64,000 nucleotides of DNA from Vicugna vicugna (GCA_013265495.1 MU058650.1:337394-401393), one strand, 5' to 3'. Numbered from the stretch's first letter, positions 1-14,245 are shown. Notes: generated by a model not told the origin, from the letters alone. A program made the numbers and translations.

Positions 1-135
1 ACAACCTTTAATGAAAAAGAATATGAAGACAAATATATATGTGTGTGTGTTTATTTATATATATGCATGACTAGGACATTATGCTGTACACCAGAAATTG
101 ATATACTGTAACTGACTATACTTTAATAAAAATAT
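1..135 (+). mobile_element. L1 3' UTR terminus (camelid-type), runs off window start
   Basis: ...tgctgtacaccagaaattga...gtaactgactatactttaataaaa matches the L1 3' end repeated at 8060, 40735, 53869 and 56733. Confidence 0.8.
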
Positions 136-149
136 ATACATTTTAAAAT

Positions 150-1410
150 TTAAAGTCATTTTGTCTGATATAAGTGTCACTACCCTGGCTTTCTTTTCAT
201 TTCCATTTGCATGGAATACTTTTTCCCATGCCCTCACTTTCAGTCTGTTGTGTGTCTTCAGATCTGACAGTCTCTTATAGGCCACAAATAAAAGGATGGT
301 GATTGTCTATACTTTCAGCCACTGTATGTCTTTTCATTGGAGCATTTAGTGCATTTACATTTAAAGTAATTATTGATAAGTGTATACTTACTGCTATTTC
401 ATTAAATATATAGGGGTTGTTTTTGTAGTTCTTTTTCTTCCTTTTTTCCTCTTTGCTCTCTTTCCTTGTGTTTTGATGACTATAGTGTTACGTTTGGAAT
501 TTTTTCCCTTTTTTTGGTGTGCATCTGTATAGATTTTTGGTTTGTGATTCCCATGAGGCTAATATATAGCAAGCTATATATACATGATTATATTAGATCA
601 TTGATCTCTTAAGTTCAAACACACTTAACAACCCTGAATTTTTCTCCTCCCACCATTTCGAGTATCATATTTTACATCATTTTGTCTTGTGTATCCTTTA
701 ACTACTTAGTAGGTATAGTTGGTTTTACTGCTTCTATTTTAACTTTCCTACTTACTTTATGTGCGATTGATTTACTAATTGACTATAAATTTCCCTTTCC
801 AATGACATTTTTCTCTTTGTAATTTTCATATTTCTAGTTTTGACCCTTTCTTTTCTGTTTAGACAAGGCCCTTGAGCATTTCTTGTAAAATTGGTTTTGT
901 GGTATTGAGCTCTTTCAGCCTTTTATTGTCCGTAAACCATTTTGTCTCTTCTACAGATCTGAACAAGACCTATGTAGCGTGTTCTTGGTTGCAGGTTTTT
1001 TCCTTTCATCACTTTGAATAGATCATGACACTCCTCTGAAAAGTCAGCTGGTAGCCCTATGGGAGTTCCCTTGTACATAACATGTTGCTTTTCCTTTTCT
1101 GCTCTTAATATCATTTCTTTAATTTTTGCCATTTTAATTACAATGTGTCTTGGTGTGATCCTCTTTGGGTTTATCTTGTTTGTGACTTTCTGTGTTGTCT
1201 GGACCTGGATGTATGTCACTCTTCCCAGGTTAGGGAAGTTTTCAGGCATTAGTTCTCCAAATATGTTCTCTGCCTCTTTCTCTCTCTTCCGCTACTTGGA
1301 CTCCTATAATGCAAATATCAGTATGCTTTATGTTGTCACTGAGGTCTCTAAAGCTCTCTTCTTTTTAAAAAAAAAAAATTCTTTTTCTGTTCAGTGGGAC
1401 TGATTTCCAC
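150..1410 (-). mobile_element. Degraded L1: ORF1 C-terminus, inter-ORF spacer and ORF2 endonuclease N-terminus
   Basis: ORF 923..1249 (ENFPNL...KINPKRITPRHIVIKMAKIKEMILRA..EKQHVMYKGTPIGLPADFS) is L1 ORF1p-like; ORF 79..285 (LKVRAWEKVFHANGNEKKARVVTLISDK) is L1 ORF2 EN-like; frames are broken. Confidence 0.93.
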
Positions 1411-3649
1411 AACTTTAAGTTTCCTTAAAGGCCCATTATCAACAAACAGGATTCCACATAAGCTACATTCCTCCCTCCCTATATAGTAAGCCCCCTAATT
1501 TCTCTGTCTTTACAGTTTGTCTACCTTACCAAGGTCTTTATATTTTGCTATAATTGAGGTTTTTCTGGCAGAGAAAAATGAAATTGGGGTTATATCTATG
1601 AATGTGCATGTAACTGTCTGAAAGAAGGGTGCAGTAGCTGCTTTGGAAGCCAGGACATAAATAATTCACTGGACTTTGGCTGGGAGGAAACTTTTCAAAA
1701 TGAATCAACTTCTTGACATTTTAAATACATCTAATATATACTAAAAAAAAAATCACACAGCAGCTTTTATGGGGTTTTATTCTTTTATAAGTAATTGTTT
1801 TGGTACCAATAAATTTAATACAGTTTTAAATTTCAATTATAAAAATGAGAGCACATAAGGATAAATTGATCCAAACTCCTGTAATATCCAGGATTTAGCA
1901 GCTTTTGTATATGTGAACACTAACATGCAATATTCAGATGATTTCCAATAGGAAAAATCTGAATGAGTTACTGACGGTCTGTGCAGGAGGCCAGGGGAAC
2001 TATTTCACACAGCATGCCTGGTGATGATGAGTCACAGTGCTGAATAAATGATCAAATGTGTACAAAGGGATTAGGAATTTATACACTGATCACTCCAGAC
2101 CTTCTGATCCCCTCGGAAATGCTTTAAGTCCAAGTGCCTGTGCTGGCTCTAAAGTTCTGCCTAATAATCCATTTTTCAGCAACTCAGGACTGATTATAAA
2201 ATCTACATAAATCTAAATTAATCTCCAAGTGTAACCCTCAACTAGTTAATTACAACCTGGGAGTTTCAACATGTTTAATGAGTGTTTGGAAGCCAACAAA
2301 TCCTAGTTTACTCGCTTGTCACCATTCCTCCTCTCAACAGAGTTTTTTTTCTACAAACCGATTTTCAAGATTCACCACTGCTTTGGATCATTGGATGGCC
2401 CTCAAGCACGTCCATGGAGGTCCATGGAGCTGCTCCCTCGCTGCTTTGTCATGAAGCTGGTCTCTGATTCCCTTGGCTCTTGTTTGAATGACCCTCTGTT
2501 TTAGCTAAGCTTTGTGCTATGCTATATTCTGTCTTAGAAAAGGACATGAAACTTAATCATACTGAGGTACAAAGAACCTAAATTTAATTTCCAATTGTAA
2601 CACAAGACCCAGAGTTTTAAAAGAGTAATGGAATTGTAACAGTGATAGTTCAGACATCCCATTCTAGAATTTATTGTCTCTCCAGCTTATACTTCAACTG
2701 TCATACATAAGTACAGCTGGCATAAGTGTGGTCATGTACAAAGTCAAGGTCAAAATTTGACCTTTTACCCCTCTATGCCCTTTCCTCCAATTCTGTACTT
2801 TGATTTGATTGTTAATTATGGAGGTCTTTAGGGCTGATTGCTATGTATATTTCTTATACTTCTTCAAGACTGTAGAATTAGGAAAGACATTCAGTCATGC
2901 AATTCACAAGGCTTTACCTTCATGCAGTTTTCTGGTCAGTGAGTTCAGCAGTCAACCAGTCAACAGTTAGTTCCTAAATGCCTTCTAGCAGCTAAGTGCT
3001 GAGCCAATTCATTCCTAGTTTTGATCATAATAGTTATGGGGCAGGAGAGGACTGAGATGGAAAAAAGAAGAAATTTTGACTTGCTGAAAGTGTCTTTCTA
3101 TAAAGTGTTTTTTCTTTGTTTTTTGCTTTTAGCTGAGCTGATGCCATGGGTAACTCTCTAGAACTAACCTTGCTGAAATTAATCGATCTAAGTTCCAGCC
3201 CTAAATAGTGACCAACCAGTATGTACAGTCCTCTAACACCTGCATGTTTAAAATCATCATGCAAGATTGGAAAATCTTTTGTTTGTGTCCACAAATGAAA
3301 AGGTCTATACAATATGCAAAGTTATGAGAGAGCAGCAACTCAGAATGCTATCCACCAGAGTAATCACAAATCTCCTCGTTACCATGCTACTGCTCACTAA
3401 AGAATGCATTAAGACCAAGGCAAGAGACAGTAATATATCATGCATGTTGCATGGCTGAGGTTTAGAAAGCATATGTGGATAGTGACCTTTTGAAGACTGA
3501 ATATCTGAAACATCTTTACTTCACTCTCCTCTCAACTCGATTGGTTTGATCCATCATTAAATTCTTATTTGGAAATTAAAGTCAGATGTTGGTTTCCTAT
3601 TCCATCATCTTTCTGTCTTTGGTTTTATAAAAATTAGTGATAATGATGC

Positions 3650-4330
3650 TTCAATGCATCTTTTTTATTCATTAAAATAACCACTAGTGGAATCTTTTGA
3701 TATAGAAAGTTTTATCTTTCAGTTCTGAGAATTTTTTTGTTATTTCTTTGATAATTTTTTATGTTTATTCTGTATTTTCTTCTGGATTTTTGCTTAGTTA
3801 GATATTGCACTTAGTAAATTGAGCCTCCAATTTGTTGCCTTTTCTCCCTGATTTACTTGCTCATTTTTCTATTCTATTTTCTGCAAGATTGCCTCCAATA
3901 TTAACTTCTAATTCTTACATAGAATTTTGAAGCTTCAGATATCACGTTTTTAATTGTCAAGAGCTCATTCTTAATATATGATTGTTTCTTTTTTTAATGT
4001 GCTTTCTTGTTACTTACTATCTTAAATCTATGACACTATTAATCATCCTTTTAATGAGTTTTCTTTTGTTCTTTCTATTGCCTCTGTGTCCTCCAAATGC
4101 TCACTGACTAGTTGCTGTTGTTGGGGGCTGTTTTTGGCTGTGATTGTTTGCTTGTTTATTCTGGTCTTTCTCTCTCATGTTAAAGTCCTTCCCTTGGGCT
4201 AATTTGTCCAAGTAATAATGTTCCAGTTATATCCATGGCATTACACCTGGCTTCCAGCATTCTGGAAGCTGAATGGAGGAAATGAACTGGGAATCTCACT
4301 GTTCAGTATAAACTTTTACTTAATTGTCTG
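3650..4330 (-). mobile_element. Ancient L1 (L1M/HAL1-like) fragment
   Basis: T-rich degenerate sequence resembling the antisense of an old L1 ORF1 region; boundaries uncertain. Confidence 0.4.
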
Positions 4331-7300
4331 CCCAAATTTAGAGCCATTTTGATTCAATATCTCAAGAAAAATAAACATATACCTCTAGAGGTTTTTGTCT
4401 CCCCAAATCTACTCTTTCTAAATAATATAGTTTTAGATAGGCACATGGCTTAAATAAGCACCCAGCTAGAAAACACATTTTTCAAAATTCCTTGGAACTG
4501 AGTTTCTGAATGACTATTAGTTTCCTACAATGATTCACTTGCAAGCAAGTGCTCAAGATTTGAATGTCAGAAGTGAAGTAGATTCCATTTTCCTTTGGCA
4601 ACTATTAACACTGGCTATCAAGATTATAATTTTTCAGAAGAAGGTTCCAGTTTGTAGTTTCCTGAGTGTCAGTAAAATGACCCTGTATTGGTGACTTTTT
4701 CAGCCAACCTCCTAATCACTGGACTACATATTTAGGCATCCCCTTCTCAGCTTCCTGACATTCAAAGTTAGTAGGGCTGTGGCCATGGCTCCAGACTTAA
4801 ATCATTACAGCTCAGAGGTCTGACCGGCCATTTTATATTTTACAGAAATCATCTCAAGATACCCAGTTTAAGTCAACAGTGTCTGTGCTAGCATTGTAAA
4901 GTTTCAGCTAATCCTTACCTTCATAATTGTACTATTATGAATTGGTTTTTTATGCAATGATCATGTCTTTAAAACTAACATTTATTCTTATTTTTAAACT
5001 AAAGCACAAATCAAGAAAATAAAAAAAATTATCAATGATAATTTTTTAAAAAGATACCCAGTTTAGAATCTGCTCTTTTTAACCCTTTCATGATCCTGTA
5101 AGTATATCATTCATTGTATTAAATATCTTCCTTCTTAAAATACTTGGGATGGTTCTACTTCCTGTACTTCTTCTGGAGTTTCTCTCAGTTATATGTTGGG
5201 CTTTGTAAATTAATTCTCTGATTAGTTTTTCTCCCCCAACCCCCCTCTCTCTCTCTCTGTGACAGGCTGACATTTAGATTTAGAGTGCATATGCTTGACT
5301 CTTATCTGTGCCTTCCTCTGTAGGACCTGACACTTCAGCTTCTTCCTCTGTATTAAGCGAAATGCCATTCATGTGTTTACTTCCCATCTTGCTCTCTTCC
5401 ACTGTTAAGTCTTTTTCCCTTTGTAAGTACATCTTAGGAGAGGGCTGTACTTCTTTTACATCTTTACTATCATTTAACTATTATTTCAGAAAAGATGAAT
5501 GATAAACTGAGGTATTTAATCTGCTATATTAAATCTGAGCTTTCTGTTAATTGCCAATTACTTATCTGAATATGTTTTTGCTAGGGAATGCATTTGGACT
5601 ATTATGAAGGCATGAGGCACTATGTCTTTGAGTGCTGGACAAGGATGACAGTTACAAGAAAGGAAAATGAAAAAAGATTTAAATTCTTTGTGGTTTTCTA
5701 AGTGTTTTGTAGTTTCCAGTTTTTTCCTGGTCCCCTTCTTCTGCCCATCTGAGTGGGAAAAAAAGGGGTTCTGCTCTGTATTTCTGCTTTATGTGCCACT
5801 GCTCCAAAATCTGAAGCAGTTTGAAGCTAGGCCCAATGAAAGTACAGTTACTGAATCAGACAGTCTAAAAATCCCCTGAAATTCAATGATTCATTTCTTG
5901 GAAATAACAATCCCATTCAAATAAGGAAAGTCAGACTATGGCTCACTATGAAATGAAACAAAAGGATTTCACCACATCTGTATGCATTTTAAGATTACAA
6001 CCATTTTAAGTTGCAGATTTGGGGGGCAATTTTATAGAGTTGTCAGTTTGTGGGTTTTAAAATTCAAGTAAATGGATAATTCTCATAAAAAGAGCGTATC
6101 CCTGTATGTCCCTGAAAAGTACAAGGTAGCCACAGAGGCTCTCGGGGACACCTGGGTGCATTTCTTTCTGTACCCATCTTGAGTTAACTACTGATAACAC
6201 AGTGTGCTCCCTATGGATTCTATGGTTTTGTGCCTGGTGCTTTCCAGAGAGCACATTTTGGCATGCGTTTCCTTTGTAGATGGCAAAACAAATGCTTCTT
6301 AAATTCTTAATTCCAGGATGCTAAATAGCGAAAGATGATTCTGCTCTATTGGTTCCTGTGAACATCGTCAGCTTTCACTTTGAGCAGTCTAAAAGTCCCA
6401 TTCAACTGACTAAATACCAAAGAGAGCTGAAATTCAAAGCACTCACTCAAAACTTTTACATGTCGGCAGGCAAAACCTTAAAAAGAGGTGGCAATGAGTG
6501 ATTAGAAAAGATAACTGTAATCTGTTCTTGTAAATTAAATAATTTCCTCACTTTATTTTTTTTTTTACTCCTCGACCGAAATGATTTCTTAGACAAATCC
6601 AACATCACATTAGTCTTTCTGTGTAAAAGACAAGGAAAGGAGTGGAAAGAAAAACTATGCACATTTTTTTAAAGGACAATTTTCGTTGATTTCATTATTT
6701 AAAAATTAGAAGCAGAAACAATTTTAAAGAATTCTATGCTCTCTATTTTATATATTCCTGAACCAATCAGTAGAATTAGCCTAGATACATTGTAAGGAAA
6801 ACATACAGAGTTATAATGATTTCAGTCCCAAATAAAGCAAATTAGCCTGAAGAAAATATTTAGGAGCTAGAAAACAAAAAGCAAACATTTTTCTTTTCTT
6901 CAACAGTTTAACCTCCTCCTCTTCCTCCTTCTTCTTCCCTTTTTTTAAAAAAATACGTTCACTGACTTCAATTACAACTACTATCTTATCACCATGGAAT
7001 ACAATTTCAGGTTAGACCAGAGAATTTCACAAATGTGACAAAGCATTCTGCAGTATACCAAAGTTTGTATATAATGTCTGACCAAACCAGTTTGCTCATA
7101 AATCATTAATGACTTCCATTATAAGTAATTTATTTAGTTTAACATGTATGATTCTTAGAAAATAAACATACTACATACATTTAAAAAGTGTTTCTCGTTT
7201 ACCTTTGCATTTGCACTTAACATACATATTTCTTTTTCAAGATAATGTTTAAAAATTATTCTAAAACAGCAGCAGCAAAATAGAATTCTGCAATAATAAA

Positions 7301-7679
7301 AGAGCAAAATCGGAGCCCATAATTAAGTTATTCTCATATTTACAAGTATAATTCTGATATAAATGCTACTTCTAAGTAGCTCTGTTATCAGCTTTTCAGG
7401 TTTGGTTTAAACACATATACACTGTCAGTTGCAGTGATGCTTATAATATTATATTCCATTTGTTGTTCTGGAAGGGTTTGTCAAGAACCAACCAGGCCTA
7501 AAAACTGAATGCCACAAGGCAAATAGAATTCCTACATAACATCGAAAGTATGTGATATTCTGCTGCAACTGGGGGTACTTCAAGATTGACTTGTAGTCTT
7601 CTTTAGAATAATTTCATGAGAAGTGCTTAAGAAGGTGGGCATTCTACCATTACTATGTGCATTTAAAAGTGACATGTTT

Positions 7680-8320
7680 ACAGTAGTTAATGATAGATGC
7701 ATGTTTATTGCCATTTTGAACTTAGTTTTGCAGTTGATTTGGTATTTCCTCTTTGTTCCTTTCTGTTTCCTTTTGTGGTTTGATAATTTTCCTTTATATT
7801 ATCTTGGATTTTTTTTTTTTTTTTTAGTTTTTGTGACTCTATTGTAAGTTTTTGACTTGTGGTTACCCTTTTTTGTACATATATTAACCCATTACTACAA
7901 CTGTTTGTATTAAACATAGTAATATAAGCTCAAACTCATCCTATTGAGAACAAAAAATTTAAAAAAGAAAAAAAAAACTATGTTTTCTTGCTCCCCTCTC
8001 CCACTTTTAATGATTTAGATGTCTTCCTTTACAATTTCATTTTTATTCTATTATAATTCTGCCAGGGGGAGGATGGTGAAGGGACAGACTGGGAGTTCAA
8101 AATTTGTAGATACTGACAGGTATATTTAGAATAGATAAACAAGTTTATACTGTATAGCACAGGCAAATATATATAAGATCTTGGTGGTAGCTCATGGTGG
8201 AAAAGAATGTGAAAATGAATATATGTGTATTCATGTACGACTGAAAAATTGTGCTCTATACCAGAAATTGACACAGCATTGTACTGACTATAACTCAATA
8301 AAAAAATAAAAATAAAAAAT
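7680..8320 (+). mobile_element. L1 insertion with 5' inversion (twin priming) and 15-bp TSD
   Basis: TSD AAAAGTGACATGTTT at 7665-7679 and 8321-8335, TT/AAAA nick site; 7680-~8058 is antisense spacer plus ORF2 start (MAINMHLSLTTV); 8060-8320 is sense 3' UTR with A-tail. Confidence 0.9.
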
Positions 8321-8515
8321 AAAAGTGACATGTTTCTTACGTGCTAATTTGACTCCCTGAACGACCTGGTTAGTGAACTAGTCACCAGTAATTTAGTGAC
8401 CGAGCAAATCAAGCCTGCAAGAAAGGAAGCCAGTTCCAAATTACCATGTTATTTTCTGTGAAATTCAATCTATTTTCAACATAAATATATAACCTCAGTA
8501 TGAGATGTCTGATTA

Positions 8516-8767
<252 letters not shown>

Positions 8768-9584
8768 TCAGATACACTTAGATCCCTGGTCCTCACCATA
8801 TGAAGGAAGAGAAACACCTGTGTTGGCTGACACAGTGTGTGAAGACCCTTCTGAGAGCTACACAACTTCTCACACTTCAATCCATTTCTTTCACCTACCT
8901 CTTCTTGAACAATATTTTACAGCAAACCTTCCTTGCAAATTCTGCTAAAGGGATGCTTTTCAGAAATACTAATTTTTGTGTAGAGAAACTATGGTAAGGT
9001 AGTAACTAGGAATGAGACAGGAGAAGTTGGCATAAACTCTGTAAATCTGATCCCTTACATTTTAGGTTTCCTCCCCTACAGGCAACATAGGAATAAATTA
9101 GCTAATAACACTGGTTAAGTCATTTAAATTCTCTGGATCTCAATTCCTTGTGGGAAAAGATTTTTATCTAATTTATTCCAAAGATTATTTATTACTCTAA
9201 CATCTAGTGGAGGCTGAGAATTTATACACTACTCTAATTAGAGAGGGTCGTGGAAAGCAACATAACCGATGAGTTTTAGACTTGCAAATCTGAGGAAGCC
9301 TCAAGATCTCCAGAGAAAACATTGCTGTGTTGGCCAACACCATAAAAGCTGATTATGGAGCAATTTTTATTTAGTAATGGGTGACTAATGCATGAGAATC
9401 TTTGCACTTTAACCAGAGCCATGAAAATAATTCTTAGCATAGCATTTAGAGAAGAGACTTCTCACATTTCACAAAGTGTTACACAAAAAAGAACAGTGAG
9501 ACTGATTACTGAAACACTGAGTCCTAATTAAGAACTATTTCAATTTTCTAGTTTAAAAACAACTTCTCTTAACACATTTCATTT

Positions 9585-9942
9585 TCTTTTTTTATTGAAG
9601 TATACTTGATTTATACTATTGTGTTAGTCACAGGTGTAAAGCAAAGCAGTTCAGATATATATATATATTCTTTTTCAGTTTCTTTTCCATTATAGATTAT
9701 TATAAGATATTGAATACAGTTCCCTGTGCTATATAGTAAGTCCTTGTTCTTTATGTGTTTTATACATTGTAGTGTGTATATGTTGATCCCAAACTCCTAA
9801 TTTATCCCAACCCCCTACTTTTCTCTTTGACCATCAGCTTGTTTTCTATGTCTGTGAGTCTTTTTCTGCTTTGTTAATAAGTTCATTTGTATCATTTTTT
9901 TTAGATTCCACATATAAGTGATATTATATATTTGTCTTTTGC
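9585..9942 (-). mobile_element. L1 3' end (cetartiodactyl-type)
   Basis: T-run then attgaagtatacttgatttatac...ttccctgtgctatatagtaag...agattccacatataagtgata. Confidence 0.85.
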
Positions 9943-10499
9943 TACTACAACGTACTCTATTTTATTACATCTTAAAATGTATTCTCACAATACAATTCAT
10001 GACTATATTTTTTTGAAAGTGGACTGCTTAGTTTTGAGGGAAATTGAAACATATCTATTTACTTAATATAACAATCTAACATACAAACAATCCAATATAG
10101 TACAATATAAAATTTTGCAGATTCCTTTAAAGAACAATGTGCATAAATGAGGAAAAAGGAGGAAGAGAAATCAATTTAGAAAAAGTTTGATTACAGGCTA
10201 AATCTTAAAGACTTTTTAAAGTAAAGTTCATCAGGCACTATTATTTTTGAAAGTGAGTGAAAAATGGCTTTCCAGTTCCAAGGCCCATGTTGACCACACA
10301 ATACACAGAATAGTTGTTTGATTTTGCCTAGTCAGTCCTGTAATTATTTCCTTAAAGATGTTCATACCTTACATGCTTTCCTTCTATTTCCACAACCTTA
10401 GTCCTGGTTGGCATAGAAGTCCACTATTATCTAAGTTCAAAATTAGATTTAATTTAGAATTAAATTCTCAGTCTCACTAGATGTTAGAACTATAATAAT

Positions 10500-10728
10500 T
10501 TTTTAAATAAACATTTTATTTTGGAATAATTTTAGATTTATAGAAGTGTGGCAAAGACAGTACAGTGAGTTCCCCTATATTCTTTACTCAGTTTCCCCAA
10601 TGTTAACATTCTACATAACTCTGGTATATTTGCCATAACTAAGAAATTAATAGTACTATGTTATGAACTAAATACTTTATTTAGATTTCACTACTTTTCT
10701 ACTAGTGTCCTTTTTCTTTTCCAGGAGT
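10500..10728 (-). mobile_element. Old L1MC-like 3' end
   Basis: ttttattttggaataattttagatttatagaag...gcaaagacagtacagtgagttccc...gttaacattctacataac. Confidence 0.7.
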
Positions 10729-13199
10729 TAGTGTAAAACTTTTGGAAATAATATAGACCTATTTTTTTTCCCTGACTTGTAAGGAAACAGAAGAGAAGAT
10801 TATTCATGTGACTAATAACTAGGATCATACACTAACTAGTGGCAGAACAGTAATGTGAATTTCAGTCTCCTGACATCTTTTATTTGGTCATTAATTTATT
10901 TAATCAGCCAGAAACAATTTTTTAATATTTCCAAATTATGGGCCATTTTGGAAATCTAACGATTAGAAAAAACATCTTTCCAGGAAAGTGCACATGTGAG
11001 TATGCACAGAAAATATGCCAGGAAACTCATAAACACACTAACCTTGAGACTGACTTAAATGCTATCCCATCCCCCAATACCTCAATAATACTACATTTAT
11101 CCATGTTCTACTTTGGATTTTAAAACCAGATTTTACCTAAATTGGTTAACCAAAAAGATGTTTAAAAATTACATTTCTACTTGACTTCTTTAGTTGAAAT
11201 GTAAACATCTAAAAAATTCAAAAAGTATCTTCTACCCTGTGCTAATTGTGAAATAAACATTGACCTCCCAGTCTCCTGTAATGGTGACATTTTTTAGGAA
11301 AGGAAAAGGACAATATGTGTTGGTTTCCCCTCTTGCCTCAGATTATGCTCAATTATTTTAGTAATTTCATTTTCACTTTACAGCGATCTAAATAATATAA
11401 ATAATTCAGCTAAACTTGGTATTATTTGTATACATATTATTTATGGCCAATAAAATAGCTATTTTTTGTACTTCATAGAAATTCCTTTTAGTGTGTGTGA
11501 AATGAGTAGATGTCTGCCATATAAGAACTATTGACACAAACTAGATTAGTGTCTCATTTTTGAACCCTAAGTAGGTAATTAACTTTCAGCATTACTGCCA
11601 CGGGAAAAGAGAAACACTCTTCATACAGAGTAAGGACCAGCAACAGATCTACATTCAAACTAGAGTTTAATCATATAGACCAAATCTATGCTGAACAGTG
11701 AATAAAACCACACACACAAAAAATCAAAATTGCCAGTCCCAGTCTTTCATTTCATAGCTAGGAAATAATAACTAGTATTACATAGTACTTCTGTATTTTT
11801 GCATTGATTCTGATAGTTCATTTAAGCAATTAGACCTATAGAAGTGAGCCAATAGTTAGTTATATACAACGTTTACTATAAAAATAACTGCAGCGTTATA
11901 CTCTGACCCTCAAAGACCTCACTATTATGATCGTAAATGTGATGGTAATTATATGGAATCTTGAGTGGGATATTCTAAATTGTCAAAAATCAGACCAGAC
12001 TTATTTTTAAAAATTAGGAAGGCTTATGATTTCCAGTCCTCAGACTCATACTTTCTGGGAAAAAATGCTATTTTGATACAGGAGGGAGACAAGGGAAGAA
12101 AGAGCAAAATAAAAATATCTAAATAAGTAGAATATCTTATTCAGTTTTGCCATATGTGACTTTTATTGACCTTTTTAATAGGATAACATTAATATTGTTG
12201 TAACTAAAAAATATATAGAAATATAATTCTTGATGCACAGCTTAATTTTTTCCTTCTGTAAACACTATGAAGTCATTTGTCTTTATTAATTATTTTTCTT
12301 GAAATTATATAGTGAGTATCGTTTTTGCTGCTTCTACAAAGAATAAGATGATCAAAAAAATCACTTAAAAAATTAATAGGACAGTAAAATGCCAGCCCAA
12401 ATACTGAAAAATACATAAATAAAGTCACTAATGCAGATAAACATTTTGATTTTTTTAAAAAACATGAGGCTACAAGGAAACTACTAGGCAGAGTTTCTTG
12501 AAGCTCTTTGGCTATATTTCCCCACATTAAGCACTATAGGAAGAAGAATAAATATTTACAATATAGTATTTTACTCTTGTAATAATAGTAATATTGAAAG
12601 ATTTTCTAGCTAGTGTTTTTAGCCAGGTTAATAACTATTCACTTTTTCATGCAAAGAGAACTGTACCCAAGTAGCCATCTTTCTTCAATTATTCCATGCA
12701 TCTCTCAATATGCTAGAAAGATGCATTCCTCTAAATTGTCTATGAAGTAAAATTCTAAACATTATTCATACTGTGACTTTGATTGTGTGCATTAGACACA
12801 AAATGTTTTAGCATCACAGACACAAAAGACGCTTTTCTGCTCAACATGGTGAGGAGGACTCTATTTGCCACAGCTTTGTCATATATATTCATGTTCAGAT
12901 CCAGAGTAAGAGATACCGATATGGTTAGAAATACGGAGATGCCAAATGAATATTTTAGGAAGAACGCTCCTCTTCTTTATCACCTTGAGTATGAAAAGAA
13001 CTCCAAGAAAGCAAAAGTATTAACATGGGCATATTAATATGTACATAATAGGAAAGGAACAGAATCTCCCTTGCTCTGATTACAGCTTGCTCCATATGGC
13101 TGTCTTTACCACTGTCTTGCAGAAGAAATTCTCTCATCCAGACAGAGCATAGTCAGAAATTATTGTTCCTTATCATTAGTAATTGACCAACAGAGACAG

Positions 13200-13445
13200 T
13201 TGAGCTGTGGATAAGAACTCAGGCTCTAGAGTAAGGCAGCTATGGATTTGGATTCTGACTCCCACAATTATTTAGCTACGTGTTCTTGGTGATTTATTTA
13301 AACTTTCAAAGGCTCAGTTCCTTCTCATCTGAAAAGTGAAGATAATAACAATGCTTAACTCACAAGCTCACTGTGAAGATCAAATGAGGTAACATGGAAA
13401 AAGTGATTATGGAGAAAAAGTAATTCAATATATGTTTGTTGTTAC
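13200..13445 (+). mobile_element. MIR SINE
   Basis: aagaactcaggctctagag...ctcagttccttctcatctgaaaagtgaagataataac...gtgaagatcaaatgaggtaa (MIR core). Confidence 0.8.
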
Positions 13446-13901
13446 CATCGTAACATTTTAGAGCTAAAAGATATTTTAGAGTTCATCTAGGTAACTTCCC
13501 TCATTGCAGCGATGAGGGACCAAGCCCAGAAACATTACCAGGCTTGTCAAAAGCTACACAAAAAGTTAATCTCTGAACCAAGGTGAGATTTCAGTTCTCC
13601 TAATTCTTAGGCTAGAAACCTATTATACTAAACTCTAACGTGAACAATGTGGCTTGTGGAGTTTTAAGTTTGATGTTAGTGGTCTAAAGAAGCCTGCAAG
13701 TTAAATACTACAACTTTTTGAGTTTCCAGCTTTTTTAGAGATTATATAGGCCTAGCTATATCTAAGGGAAGATTGAGAAGTAAGGATACTGCAGCCATCA
13801 TAAAAATTCTGTGTTTCTCAAGACTACTCCTTAATTTCCTCCTCAAGCCAAACATTCTACCGCTTCTTAAATAACAACAACAACAACAAAAAAACAGTCC
13901 T

Positions 13902-14245
13902 TGTTATGGACTTAATGTTGGTGTCCCCCCAGAATTAATTTCTTGAAACCCTACCCCTCAATGTGATGGTATTAGGAGGTGGGGCCTTTAAGAACAAGTT
14001 AGAATTAGATGAAGTTATGAAGTTAAGAATAAGTTAGAATTAGATAGAGGTCATGGAATTGAACAGGATTAATGCCCTTATAAGGGTCATCAGAGCTTGC
14101 TCCTCTCTTTTTCTGCTACATGAGGATAAAAGGAGAAGTCAGCCATCTGCAAGCCACAAGAGAGTTCTCACCAGAACCCAGTCATGCTGGCACCATGATT
14201 TCTGACTTCCAGCCTCCACAACTGTGAGAAATATATTGCTATATT
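13902..14245 (+). mobile_element. MaLR LTR, MLT1A-like
   Basis: tgttatggacttaatgttggtgtccccccag...gtgatggtattaggaggtggggcc...gacttccagcctccacaactgtgagaaat. Confidence 0.85.

Noticed and set aside
12783..13037. 84-aa ORF in non-repeat DNA
   Set aside because: No recognisable homology, non-ATG start and no convincing pair of splice sites.
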